Assembly (NCBI GenBank): GCA_963693365.1 | Contig: CAVNZM010000012.1 | Location: forward strand, 3,224,001 to 3,288,000 | Source of the DNA: Amoebidium appalachense | Lineage: Eukaryota; Protista; Ichthyosporea | Direction of reading: 5' to 3' | Length of the DNA stretch: 64,000 bases | Shown: positions 44,180 through 57,638 of the stretch, piece after piece | Layout: the number at the start of each line of letters is the position of its first letter | How positions within the stretch are numbered: position 1 is the first letter of the stretch | Made by a program: the position numbers and the translations under genes | Notes under the pieces: generated by a model | Seen by the model: only the letters and a program-made list of their open reading frames with translations | Told to the model about the DNA's origin: nothing | Databases searched by the model: none

Positions 44180-44525
44180 CCCCCCCACCAGGGGAAAAAA
44201 AAAAAAAAAAAGGAAAGAAAAAAAGAAAGAAAGAAAGAAACCAACACCACCGCCACCAAATGAACAGGCACCACACACTAGAGATGTCAACTTAGGTCTT
44301 TCTTCTCCCTAAAGCGGATTGGGAGTTAAGAATTGAATAAGAAGGGCCGGAACAGAAGAGAGTCGTTGTGGGAAAAAAGTGGCTGAATGGGTGGTAAGGG
44401 TGAGACTGGGGGGGGAGGGGCCCATGGGGTGTTCCTCTGATGGGTGTAATGGTATGGACGTGCAGGAGTGTGTGCCCACGTGTGTTGTATATGTGTGAGT
44501 GTGTGTGCCCACGTGTGTTGTATAT

Positions 44526-44620
<95 letters not shown>

Positions 44621-45084
44621 GTGTTTGGGTATGTGTGTGTGCTGGGTGGGGTTATGTGTGTGTGTGCATGTTGTGCGTGGGTATATGTGTATGTGTGTGG
44701 GCTGTGGGTGGGTGGGACTTAAGTGTGTGAATATGAGGTTTGTGTGTGGATGTAGGTGGGGGTATGTGTATGTGCATGTGTGTGTGTGTGTGTGTGTGTG
44801 CGTGCGTGCGCGCCTGTATGTGTGGACGTGGGCGTCCCACCCTTCTCAACCCCCCCCCCCCCTTCCCCTCCCTCCCCCCGTCCCCCTCCCCCCTCCCCCT
44901 TCCCCTCCATCCCCGTCTCCCTCTCCCCCTCTCCCCGGGCAATGTCTTCTTCCTCCACCCCTTCCCCTGTATTTGAGTTCCTGTTTATTTATTCCATGTT
45001 TGATGTTTCCACCCACAGAACCAGGTTGGGCCTGCCGGGCAGAAGCCCATCCAGCACCTACTCAGCCCCGTGGTACGTGGTCCT

Positions 45085-45124
<40 letters not shown>

Positions 45125-45214
45125 CCTCCCATTTTTTCCACGATTGAGTTGTAAGTTATGCACCTTGTATGTAGTCGATTTTTCAACTTTCATTGCGAGG
45201 CGTGTTGCATCTCA

Positions 45215-45259
<45 letters not shown>

Positions 45260-45298
45260 AAAAAAAAAAGTAATAAATAAAAAAATGAACCCCCCCCC

Positions 45299-45365
<67 letters not shown>

Positions 45366-45394
45366 CGCGCGCGCTTGTGTGCGTGCCCGTGTGC

Positions 45395-45458
<64 letters not shown>

Positions 45459-45551
45459 TGGGGGGTGGAAGGGGGGGAATGAAAAGTCGAAGGGTATGGG
45501 TTGGTGTGCACCAGTGTCTTGTGTTTTGCTGTGTGTGTGGGCTTTGGGGAA

Positions 45552-45596
<45 letters not shown>

Positions 45597-45754
45597 ACTT
45601 TCCCTTGTCTGTGGGGAAATAGAATGAATGATGAGAATGAGGATAACAGGAGGGAGGGGGGGGTGTGGGGGCTAGAATGGAGGTGGGATGTTGTTGTAGA
45701 GCTGTGGGAGTTGATATTGTATCATTGTGTACTTTGTACGCTGTAACATATTCT

Positions 45755-45796
<42 letters not shown>

Positions 45797-46512
45797 ACCC
45801 AACCCACCCACCCCCTTCCATGTTCCTCCCCCACCACGATATGCACGCGACTGACAATGCACCAATCACCTTTCAGTGTTTGCAGTGCGGGGGTGGTCAT
45901 TGGCTGCTTGAGTGCACCCAGCGGCCAATGAACGACTGGGCCACCTGGAAGGATGAATATCCGGCCAGGGCTCTGGGCCACGAGAGACTCACCGCTATCA
46001 CCGCCGTATGACCCCCTCCCCCCCCCCCCCCAAAAAAAAAAACACACACACACACACATACACGCACACGCACACGCACACGCACACACACACAGAGGGT
46101 TGATTTCGGGTTTTTTTCTTTGTTGTTCTTGTGACGTTTTATGATGTCTTTTGATACCTCCTTCATATTTCCAACCCTCTAATGCATACATCCCCCTACT
46201 GTGAATGACTTGGGCCCCCCATGTGGATGGGCACTGCTTGTTGTGCATACCGTCGTTGTGTGGTATTGGGTGTTCGTTGTGAATGTGTACTTCGCACTTG
46301 ACCCTACTCCCCCCCTCCCCCCCCCCCCCCCCCCCCTCCCTCCACACACACACTCACCCACCCCCCTTACACCCCAACCCCCCCCCCCCCCCCCCCCCCC
46401 TCCCCCCCCTCCCCCGAAAAAAAAAAAAAAAAAAAAAGGGGGTGTTGGCACGCACACAGACCAGTCAACTACGACTCTCACACCCAAGCACTTGTTGACA
46501 TTGACGCTCCCT

Positions 46513-46543
<31 letters not shown>

Positions 46544-46993
46544 CCCTTCCTTTCCCCCATTTCCCCTCCTCCCTTGGTACTCTGTATTACCACACACTTA
46601 CCCCCCCCCCCCCCACTTTCCTCTCCCTTTCCCCAAACACAGTCACTGGAAGCAGCAGGTGTGATCACAAGCTTGAAGGCAGGGCAGTCGACCACCACCT
46701 TCACAAGCACAGGATCCCAAACAACAAACACATTCGCAAGCCGTCTCACGTCGGGGGGACAACAGCCACATCGCAGGCAGACGTACCAGAAACCCCCCCA
46801 ACAAGCAAATCAGCCAGGAAGCATAGAGGCTCTCTCGGCTCTCATCTCGCAAATGACCGATCCGGCAGCGATGGGAGACGGAGGAAAAAGGGAGCGGTTT
46901 CAACGGACGAGCCCTTCCCGCGGAGGCTCCAGGGGCGGGTTTGGGCAGGGGGGTAAGGGTGGACAGACAGGCGGGGTCGGGGGGCTCTTATGA
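41692..46993 (+). CDS. Putative mitochondrion-targeted CCHC zinc-knuckle/RGG protein, 5 exons (41692-41794, 43483-43568, 45019-45072, 45877-46005, 46643-46993), ~240 aa
   Basis: Presequence-like [22 protein letters not shown]...GRRWMS (basic, no acidic residues), [13 protein letters not shown] and C-terminal [13 protein letters not shown]. Phases are consistent. An alternative in-frame ATG lies at 41674. Confidence 0.75.
46211..46301 (+). repeat. ~115-bp intronic dispersed element, copy in Zn-knuckle gene intron 4
   Basis: tgggccccccatgtggatgggcactgcttgttgtgcatac...gaatgtgtacttcgcacttga. Confidence 0.7.
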
Positions 46994-47434
46994 AAGATGA
47001 TTTTTGGTTGATCATGTGACTTGAAACCTCCTCCTCCCCCAACCACCCACCCACAGACACACACACACACAGACACACACACTTTCCCCCTTTCTTTCTT
47101 TGCCGTATGGTTGTGCTTTGGTGGAAGAAAGAACTATGATAGATTTGTAGTGCAAGAAAAAAGAAGTGATGCAAAGTTTGTGCACGTATTTGAGGCTGGG
47201 GTGCATGTGTTGTTGGAGCGGTGAGGGGGGTGTGGGTTCTGTCCAGGTCATTATCGATTTTAAGAAATTAAATCTTAAAAGGCAGAAGAGTCTGGAAATG
47301 AACGTTCCGAGCAATCGGTATTTTATTATTTGATGTGTAACCGTTGTTGTTTGCTTTCCTTCTTTCGTCTTCTTCTTGTCTCTTCTTTTTTTTTTTGTTG
47401 GTGGTGTGCCGGGTGTGTGGTCATGGCCAATTGG

Positions 47435-47480
<46 letters not shown>

Positions 47481-47481
47481 A

Positions 47482-47517
<36 letters not shown>

Positions 47518-48625
47518 TGTGTGGGCTTGTTTTTTTTTTTTTTTTTTTTTTTTGGGGGGGGGGGGGGGGGGTTATTACTGTTGTATTGTAGGTGGGGCCG
47601 TGCACAGTGCCATGCATGTTTGGCTGATGCGTGCACAGTCACACCCACACAACTTTTGTCGCTTCCAATTCGAAATTCGTGAGTCGAGTGTTTCTTGTGT
47701 GGTGCTGGCACCCATGCATATGGCTGCCCGCTCGTCTAAATAGACCTATTTGAGACTACACTAACAGTGTCGACCTTTTTTCTGAGGTGTGGCACAGCCA
47801 AGGCCTACTAAATAGGTGTGCACAGCCCACGTCAACGTCATGTTTTTCATGTTTTTCAGGCCGGTAAGGGCCCATACTAACACGTACTGACGTGTTGCCG
47901 CACGTGCGACGTTTAACATCTAGTCCCTTTTAAGTAAAAAAAAAAGGCAAAAAAAAGGAAAGAAAGGAGACACCGCCTCAGTAGGTGGTAGGGGCCCATA
48001 CTGTGGCCATGGTGAGACGGCGTAAATTACGTAATCTATCCCGCCCATCACCTGGCAACGATGCTTACACACGCGTAACGCAAGTGCACGTAGCCAAATT
48101 AATTTGTAAGCTTCGGCCCGTGAGTGTGGGTCGGACGAAAGTTTGCCATCTGTCATCTAATAAATAAGAACAAGTCCAAGGTGTAAGAATGAGTGCATAT
48201 AACAGTGCAGCAAATGCATATATCCCACACATGCACGTGTACCCCACAGGCGCTAGCTGTCTGCTACACTTTCGCACACTGCCATGTACACACGTGTGCG
48301 CAGCTGTACCTTCGGGCATGCGCAGATTCCAGGATCACGTGCACGATGCACGCATGAGATATATATTACGTACATGTGTAACGTGCATTGTCTAGCTAAC
48401 CTCTGGTTATATGTCGTGCTTGCATGGAAGGAATATGGTGGCCCACAACGGTGGGGCAGTACGGCATCATCATTTTACAACTGCTACTATAGTGGGCAGC
48501 GTCAATATTTCCATATGCACGTACATGCGTGGCCGGAAGATGCACGAAGTTTGACGTCACACAGTCATGTGGTGTCAGGGCAACTCCCAAATTGGGCTGT
48601 GATAATGTGGGTGTGAAGCCATCTG

Positions 48626-49304
48626 ATTGGCAGACAACCTACAACGAAATCCGATCAGAGCCAATCGGAAGCTTACTAAGAGATTACTGGACTTTATTTT
48701 TAAACCAATCAAATGCTACTGTAAAGCTACGCCAATCATATTTGATGTATTGGAGGCATGCAAATTAGTTCGTCATTCTTGACATTACCATATGCGGACA
48801 CATGCACCGAACTGTATAAGCTGTCATTTCCTGGAACGTTGATTTACATCTTGGCTTATGCATCATTTCACAATAGCCACTAAAAATCCGTACAAATAAC
48901 TATAAACTATATATATGTTAACCTACTTTTACCAGGGTGCGTCAATTTAGAGACCCACGCAAACATTTGCAACGGTGGGTGTACGGCTAGCCGCTGCAGG
49001 CTGCAGCTGCAGGTTCAAGCACATAAATTTTTATGTGCATTTAGCCGTTTTCGATGCGGAAATCAGATTTTCAAACAAAGCAAGCTAGTTTGCCACTGGT
49101 TATTTTACATACATAAATTAAATGATGGTAAAATAGAACTAAAAATTGCACTGGCTCTATATAATCCTAATATGCGCTTGACGAAGATGTCTGGTGCTTT
49201 AGTCCCGCCCAGCACATACCCATGTGAACGGCAGCCACTCAGATGCCGCCAGGACCAAACATTTACCCCCCTCTTCCACGAACCTATGTCCGGGGGTATA
49301 TAAA
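48626..49304 (+). promoter_or_regulatory. Cluster of five CCAAT/ATTGG boxes (48626-48753) and a TATATAAA box (49297-49304) upstream of the 129-aa gene
   Basis: ATTGG 48626, CCAAT 48661, 48705, 48732, ATTGG 48749. TATA lies ~210 bp before ATG 49511. Confidence 0.55.
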
Positions 49305-49510
49305 CCACACACCTGTAAGATTCCATTAGTTGTGCCAGATTTCGGAAGCAGACATCGGACGGGAAGTGGAAACACAGACTGTATCCAACCTTCCACCACA
49401 AACTCACCATCCATTCCCGTTACGTTAGCTTAAACTGTCATTGTACTCAAACCAAGAACACACGAAAAACCTCTACATTTTCTGACACAACAAAGCACAA
49501 CTGATAGAAA

Positions 49511-49900
49511 ATGGCACGTCTTTCTTTGATTTCCCTTCTCCTCTGTGTGGTTTTCGCGCTCACACAAGCCAGCTCAATCGAGCAGAGAGCCACACGCGTC
49601 GAATATGAAGCAGTTGCGCCGGAACCGAGCGACGCTTACGACGCAGCAGTGCCTTATTCTATAAGTGAATTCCGTCGTGAAACCCCCTCCGTTCAAAACT
49701 ACGACACACACACCCGCCGGGCTGTCGCAGAAGCCGCTGAAATGGAAATGGGACCAAGGTTGTGGGCAGCGGGTGCAAGTGTTTTCGTTGGCACGGCTCT
49801 GATTGTGGGTGCTGTGGTCGCCGTTCACGTCCAGCGCAGAAAGCAGTGGGAGGTGCGCAAACAGGCACTGAAGCTCGCTATGGAACGTGGGCAGTTGTGA
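49511..49900 (+). CDS. Intronless 129-aa type I membrane protein (signal peptide, short ectodomain, one TM, basic tail)
   Basis: Signal MARLSLISLLLCVVFALTQA, TM LWAAGASVFVGTALIVGAVVAVHV followed by QRRK, aaaATGG start context. Confidence 0.8.
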   Translation: MARLSLISLLLCVVFALTQASSIEQRATRVEYEAVAPEPSDAYDAAVPYSISEFRRETPSVQNYDTHTRRAVAEAAEMEMGPRLWAAGASVFVGTALIVGAVVAVHVQRRKQWEVRKQALKLAMERGQL

Positions 49901-50889
49901 GAAACGACGAGGGCAGTTGTGAGAAACGACGTAAATGCGCATGCGGCATGTGCGATTTTGTGTGTTGTGGGTGCAAGTGGTGAGATTTCCGTCTTGTCAA
50001 GGGTCCTGAATCATAGGCAAATGACCACACAGAAACCACCTTCAGTAGATGTGAATGTTTCTGTTCGAAGTGTCGAATGAGATGTATATAAAGGAATTTT
50101 GCAATGTCCATGTATAGAGAGCTTAACCAAATTTCGTTTCGCCCTGCATTGGATTTCCCTGAACGAGGGAATAACGAGAAAGAAAAACACAAATGTATTA
50201 CGGTGTACATATTAGACGAAGGGGGTTGTGACTGAGCTACTGGAATAGCACAGATGCCAGGGGCATGACGTGCTGAAAATATATATATCGTAAGTACATA
50301 TGGTGTTGGTTTTCGTCCACAACTCTGCAGGCAGATATGTGGACTAAAAGATTTCTGATGTGGAAAAATTGTGTGCACATGTCGTCGAAAAGTGGTGAGT
50401 GTATAAAATACAGCAGTCAACTGGGCATTTTTATACACGCACCACTTTTCAAGTCTCATTCAAGTCGGAAAGGGCTTAACCTCGAGTCTTTGGGAAACTA
50501 CACCTACAAAGTCTTTGCATGACCAAGAACATTTGTTTGGGAAAGCCCTTACAATCCCTCGGATTATATTCTCCCTCGAGCCCCCCCCCCCCCCCCCCAA
50601 GAGTCCCACACAGAAACACACATACAAATCACCCCTTCCCCTCGAAATAAATAACAGTTTAACAACCACCATCGCTATCATAGACTCGAGCCACGAGTAC
50701 GACCACCACCATCATTAGTAATACATACTAGTTTGCTTGCACGATTTCTTCTTGTTAAGGTTTTTGTACTGCTGATGATATCGATCGACACGTTTTTTCT
50801 TGGCAAGCTTGTACCAGATCCAGAAGAAACACCCCTCTGATGATGTTTATGCTCTTGCACTACATAGCATAGAAAATTCTCCACACTTT

Positions 50890-51129
50890 TTTCTTTCGGC
50901 TACCTTTTGAGCTAAGTAGCTCTTATATATATATGGGGTTTACGCTGTTTACTCGAGGCAAAGAGAACCAGTCTCAGGTATGGGGGGGGGGGGTTTGCTC
51001 GGAATATCCCCTCAGCGGTATATCATGATCACGTACATAGATGTCGGGTGGTGACTATATATCAGGGTTTACTTTCTCTGCGAGACACCATAAAGACTAC
51101 AAGGAGAAATCAATTAGTTGGGGTTCCCC

Positions 51130-51178
<49 letters not shown>

Positions 51179-51210
51179 GGGCTCCCCTCGGGACACTCGG
51201 TATCAGCTGG

Positions 51211-51279
<69 letters not shown>

Positions 51280-51853
51280 TGCGCTATAATTTTGTAGTGA
51301 TGTGTTTCTCAAGCCAATCAATACATCTAATAAACAGGTCGTAGTTACGCGTGTTTAGTATAAAATCAAGGATGTTGTAATTTACAGGTAGGCTATCTTT
51401 CTGGGTGTCTGTTGTGAATGTGACGTGTGTGTGTTGCGGTATTATGTGGTCTATCAAACTACATTTGGCGATACATGACCGGTTAAACTGGTGTGTGTGT
51501 GTGTTGTTTGGGCATGCAAATGATGCCACCTTATACTTATTAGATCTCCACTGTATAGCACGTGTACAGTAAAAGCGTGGTAATTGATCAATAATACCAT
51601 CAGCTAGAGAAAGACCAGTTCTACAGGAAGGTAATATGTATTTAGGTGTTATACACTTGCGAGTGCCATATTTGGCAATATGGTTGAGGCGGTCAGTATA
51701 TATAAAACGAGACATAAGGCTTAGTTTTTCAAGGTGTATGCTTTCATCGGGTCTAGTGTCGTGTGGTATCTTTTTCCATTTGTTATATTGCGTGATTATC
51801 TTGTGATTGTGTACATGTTTAATAAGTAAGTGGCAGTCCAAAGTCACACACAC
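50890..51853 (-). mobile_element. Probable 5'-truncated non-LTR retrotransposon: C-terminal ORF fragment (51853-51284) plus 3' region with (CA)n and an A-run
   Basis: Non-repetitive 189-aa ORF with no ATG start, containing DGII..LP....RAIQWR...CPNNTHTHQFNRSCIAKC...NILDFILN, recalled as similar to the Cys/His end of some fungal LINE ORFs (not searched). The 3' region has a second copy at ~6470-6705. Confidence 0.5.
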
Positions 51854-52572
51854 ACTATTGCGGGGTTTATTTGTATTTGTGCCCAGGGGAGAAGGGGAGA
51901 GAGAGGGGAGGAAAGAGGGGAGAGGTGAGGATATATATCAAGGGGTAGCGACGATCCGGAGAGCGGCTGAGATCACGTGACTCACCTACCCTTGCTCAGC
52001 CAGTGTCGATTCATTCCGGTACATAGGCTAGTTGGGCACAGTCAGGACATGCCTGTTTTTCTCGTTCCTTTTTTTTTTTAAAATATACAGCTGGCAGGGG
52101 TTAAGTGACTGGCTTGTCCACAGCACCCCATGTACCGTACATGTGAAATCCCGCCCCCCCCCCCCCCCCCAACACACACACACACACACACACACACCAC
52201 CGGTCCTCCACCATCCGCACGCGTCGCCGCCGCTTGGGCCATGCATGCATCAACGTGCCCACAGTATTCCATTTTCACTACTGTACGCGCTTGTGAGCTA
52301 AAATTGATTGGCACGAATTGTCAGATGTGCAAAGATCTTCATTTAGAGTCATTTCATGCACGAACTACTATAATAAAGCAATCCCAACATCAAGACCGTC
52401 TGAGCTTCTGGGCTGCATATTACTATGGGATGGTAAGAAAAGCAATATCAGCATCTGAATTCGAAACTATCAATAGTACGTGTGTGCTTGCGTTTTCGTG
52501 TTTTTCTCTTTCCATTTCCCCCACTCCCATTTCTTTTCTTTTCTTTTCTCTCTTTGTTGTTGTTTGCGCTTT

Positions 52573-52626
<54 letters not shown>

Positions 52627-53222
52627 GGGGGGGGAGGGAAGAGATTTACAGGGTGCGCCTGCACATGTGCACGGTTCGAGTGTGGGTGATGTAAGCTTTC
52701 CAATTTATGCTTTTAACTCATTACATGTCATGTTACATGCATGGTCATATTGTTCAGACTAATATCGGTACCCGCTTGGCCACATGCACACCTGTTTACG
52801 TCTGTTATCAATTTTAATCATATAAAATGGAATTCAGCCAAATCAGTGGGAGTCCTTCTAAATCACATTCATCAACATTCAGTAACACAATTACAAAAAT
52901 AAATCATTTAAACGATTTCATATATAAGCCACGCACAGCGTGGCTCCATTCAAACTGCAGGGTATAAGATAGTGCGTGTGCGTGTGAGCGCGCATAAGAT
53001 AGTGTGCGTGTGTGTGTGTGTGCGCTTGCATGTGCATGTGCATGCCTTGTTCTTCTCTTTCTGTACGCCTGTAAATTAAAAGAGAATCATAGGTAGGAAA
53101 AGGGCGGGGGGGGGGAAGGGGGGGGGGGGGGGGGGGAGGGGGAGGGAGGGGTGTAAGGGGCTGGACGGGAGGGAGGGGGTGAGGGAGGGAGGGGGAGGGG
53201 TGAGGGGGGAGATGTTTATCAA

Positions 53223-53866
53223 CTAGAGGTGGTGTTGGCGTGGGCCACTGACAGCTATATTCAGTGCTTGGCGGTGCATCCGCAGCTGGAGACTGGCCAC
53301 GTGGCTATGAAAGCGGATGGAAAACAATAGAAACACCCCCTGTGCACACAGTGATTGTGTCAGCGTGTCATGATTGCACGTGTGTGCGGATGGAAAGGAA
53401 GGAAGGGGGGAGGGGGAGGGGAGAGGGGGTTTGGTTGCGTCACAAAGTACGAAGTACACATGAACAACGGATAACACGATGCAGAGTGAGGGTTGCTAGT
53501 GGGAAGGAGAGAAAGAAAATAGGAATGGGGCAGTTGACCAATGGAGAGTAATAGGAAGAGCCTGGGGGCCGGGCAGAGGGAGATAAGATGGGTGGGCGTG
53601 TAGAGGTTGGGAGGGTAGGGGAACTGGTGAAAGAGGGAATGGGGAGTGGGGAGTGGGGTGGGGTGGTGGTGGTGGTGGTGGTGGTGGTGATGGCTGGGGC
53701 CGGGGAAGGGGGGGGGGGGGGGGGGGAGGGTGGAGGGGGATTTAAAGGGTTAGGGGAGAGGCTGGGGTTTATCAAGCCGTTCATAGGGGAGGGTTGGATG
53801 GATAGGTATGAATGGGTGGGGTAGTGGTGGTTAACGTGGTTGTGGTGTGTGTGTATATGTGCGAGC

Positions 53867-53923
<57 letters not shown>

Positions 53924-53935
53924 CACACACACTTT

Positions 53936-53966
<31 letters not shown>

Positions 53967-54171
53967 GTATGCATATGTGTGTGTGTGCATGTGTGGATGT
54001 GCGTGCATGTGTACGTGGATGTGTGCATGTGTGCATGTGTGTGTGTGTGTGCACGTGCACAAATGCGATTTTGTACGCTAGAGCAGGGGGGAGACATACA
54101 ATGACCGGAATAACCAGGATGGTTACAGCCCAGGCAGCCACCTTATACTCCATGTAGAAACGTGTCCACCT

Positions 54172-54206
<35 letters not shown>

Positions 54207-54748
54207 AAGGTTAGAATGCATCACAGAGCACGAAGTACACACTCACAACAGACAACATAATGCAGATTTTGCAAAGCCCAGGCAAAGAGTGGCAAAGCGT
54301 TTTCAACATAAGCAGAGGTCCGGGCGGGGCGGGGGGGCAGGGGGGGGGGGGGAATAGAATGTGTTATAAAGTGGGGGGGGGGGGGGGGGGGGGGAATAGA
54401 ATGTGTTATAAAGTGGGAAGTACACGTATTGAACGGACAACACAATGCAGAGTGCAAACCACACAAAGAGTATGCATAATAAGCAGAGCCCATCCTCGGC
54501 AGCGGCCCAAGACGTGCGCAAATGGAGGAGATTTGGTAAGCCGGGAGAGAGGCAGGTGGATGGAAACAGGGGAGGATATACACAACTGTTCAAAATCTGT
54601 GAGAGCCATACTTTATTCCAGCGAGCAAGCCAAGTCCTCGGTTAACAACACGAACAGGGCTCTTCAAGAAGCAGCGATACAGAACACATAGCACAACCAT
54701 GGTGGAGCAGAGAGGAGCCGGGGTTGTTGCTGTTTTTTTTTTTTTTTT

Positions 54749-54794
<46 letters not shown>

Positions 54795-54946
54795 CTTCCC
54801 GCTTCTCATGGTTTTCCTTCTTCCTCTTTCTCTGATCCCCCCCCCCCCCCCCCCCCCCTCCCCCCGCCGCCGTCCCCCCCCCACACACACACACACCACT
54901 ACCACTACCACCACCACCACCACTACCACTACACACGCACACCTAA

Positions 54947-54986
<40 letters not shown>

Positions 54987-55634
54987 ACACACACACACCA
55001 CTCCCTTCATATCGGTTTTGGAGGAGGAAAGGTGGAGAAGGGAAGGGGAAGGGGAAGGAAGAGGGGGAGAATGGGAGGGGGGATATTGGAACACATACGC
55101 CACCACGACCACATCGAGTAGAAACACCACCGTGCCCAGACTAGTGGAGAAAATCCACGCTATGGCCATGTAACGCCTAAACCGCCGGTGGGGGGACAGG
55201 TTGTGGCTTAGAAACGTCGATAGGCCCTTGCTCTGGTTTTTGCGCAAAAAGGCGCTGTACATGGGGGGGGGGTGGTGGGGGGGGGGGGGGGGGGGGGGGG
55301 GGGGGAGAGAGAGAGAAATGCTTGTTATTGACTGTCATGATGAGCAGAGCCTCCCCTCCCCCCTCCCCCCCCCCCCCCCCCCCTCCCCCCCTCCGCCCCC
55401 AAACACCAACACACATACACACCACCGGCGCCTGAGCTGGACCAACTGTGCACCCATGGGCACCCACTCTTTCAACCATGGTATGATCGATTATCTTCTT
55501 TGAAATTTTTGAACACTCCCTGATCCTTCCTTCCCCTGATCCTTCCTTCCCCCATCCCCCCCCCCCCCCCCCCCCCCTCCAATTTTCCCTCCGATATCCC
55601 CCTCCTTGCAACCTCTACCAAAAAAAAAAAAAAA

Positions 55635-55680
<46 letters not shown>

Positions 55681-57584
55681 TATATGCAGGCAACAGACCA
55701 CACAGATACACGACAAACACACACACAAACAAGTAAAACTTCACGTAACACAGAAACCAACGCATCAACACGTACAGATACGTCACCAAACATACTTGTA
55801 AGTTTCGAGGGTAGGCAGCAGGCACACTGATACGAGCAGGGAGAAGAGGTTTATGGAGACCAGCAGGGAGGCCACGATTGCATAGACGATGAGGATGGGT
55901 TCGGGCAGGCCGTCGTCAAAACTGAGCTCCACCAGGGCAACCATGGCAAACCCTGCCGACAACCATGTGTCAGTGAGCGAAAATTGGTCAATCGTCACCT
56001 CATCTTGATCGACTTTGTACAACAAGCTCAGAAATCGGTTAATCGTGATCAATAACGTAGCAAACCCTGCCGACAACAAATCGTTAGTAAGCAGAAATGG
56101 GTAAATCGTCACCTAATCGTGATCGATAGTATGGCAAACCCTGCCAACAACGAAACATCGGCGATCAACAATTGGAGAGTCGTCAGCTAGGCCTGATCAA
56201 TCTCGTGCAACAAACTCGGCCAAGGCCATATGTTACGAGATCGAAATTGCCTAATCGTGATTACTAATATGGCAAACCCTGCCAACACCATGTGTTGGCG
56301 ATCGGAAATTGGTTGATCATCACCTATTCGTGATCGATTGTATGGCAAATTTTCCCGAAACTGCATGTTAAGAGATTGAAATCGGTTAATGGTCACCTGA
56401 TTCTACCATTGGCAAGAGTAGGGTAACCCTGAAAATCAACGATATGCTGGAAATGGAATCCTCCCCTCCCCTCCCCCTCCCCCCACTGCCACCAACACCA
56501 CCACCCACCCCACCCCCCACCCACCCTCCTCCCAGTAAATACAAACACCCAGGTACCCAGGCAACCAGGCACCTAGACACTTACCCACCTACCCGCCCAC
56601 CCACCCACCCACACACATACACCCTCCAAAGTGGGTTGAGAACCCTCCCTGTCTCGCCGTTCACACCCCCAAGCCCTTCATCCCGACCTTAAATAAACAA
56701 CACACACACCCCAATCTCAGAAACTTGAACAGCAGCACACAACAATACATAGCAGCCAAAATCGCACAACAATACCTACAGGCCATAATCGCACAACAAT
56801 CCATAGCAGCCCGAAATCGCACAACAATAACCTACAGGCCATAATTCCACAACAATACATACCAGACAAATTCGCACAACAATACCTAGCAGCCAAATTC
56901 GCACAACAATACCTACAAGCCATAATCCCAGAACGTATTATACATACCAGAAAAAATCATACTTCAATACACACCAGCCAAAACTGCACAGCAATACATA
57001 AATACATAGCAGCCAAATTCGCACAACAATACATACCGGCCAGAATCGCCGAAGTAGCCACCGTTTGTTTTAGCCGTGACACGTTGATTGTGTGCGAGTC
57101 CACAAATTCCGGTACAAACTGATAGGGATCGGCAGCAAATCCCAATTGGGGCGATGGTGGTAGCTGCCCGGATGGGCTTACGGGTGAACTCCTGGTAGTG
57201 GGGGGGGGGGGGGGGGGAGGGGGGGGAGGGGGGGGAGGGGGGGGGGGGATTCAGTACAAACGGGGTTACTTGGCGTGGAGTTACTTGAGGCGTGCGGTGC
57301 TTAAAGATATATGAGAGAAAAGAGAAAAGAGAGTGCTGCTCTATATTACAGGTGAATGGTAAGTGGATGGGGGTCGGGCCGGAGAGAGAACAGGCGGAAA
57401 ACAGGGAGAACGAGGGAAGGGAAGGGGAGAGGGGGGAGGGGGGAGGGGGGAGAGTGACAATGAAAGTGAGAGGAACTACGGTCCTTTCGCCGCCCACAGC
57501 CCCCCCGCCCCTCCCCCCTCCCCCCTCCCCTTCCTCCCGGCCACCTACATAGCGAAACCAACAGCAGCAGCAGCAACAACAACA

Positions 57585-57638
<54 letters not shown>

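Noticed and set aside
50837-50878. CTGATGA...GAAA as a hammerhead ribozyme core
   Set aside because: Extra unpaired bases precede stem II and I could not find stems I/III with a cleavage triplet.
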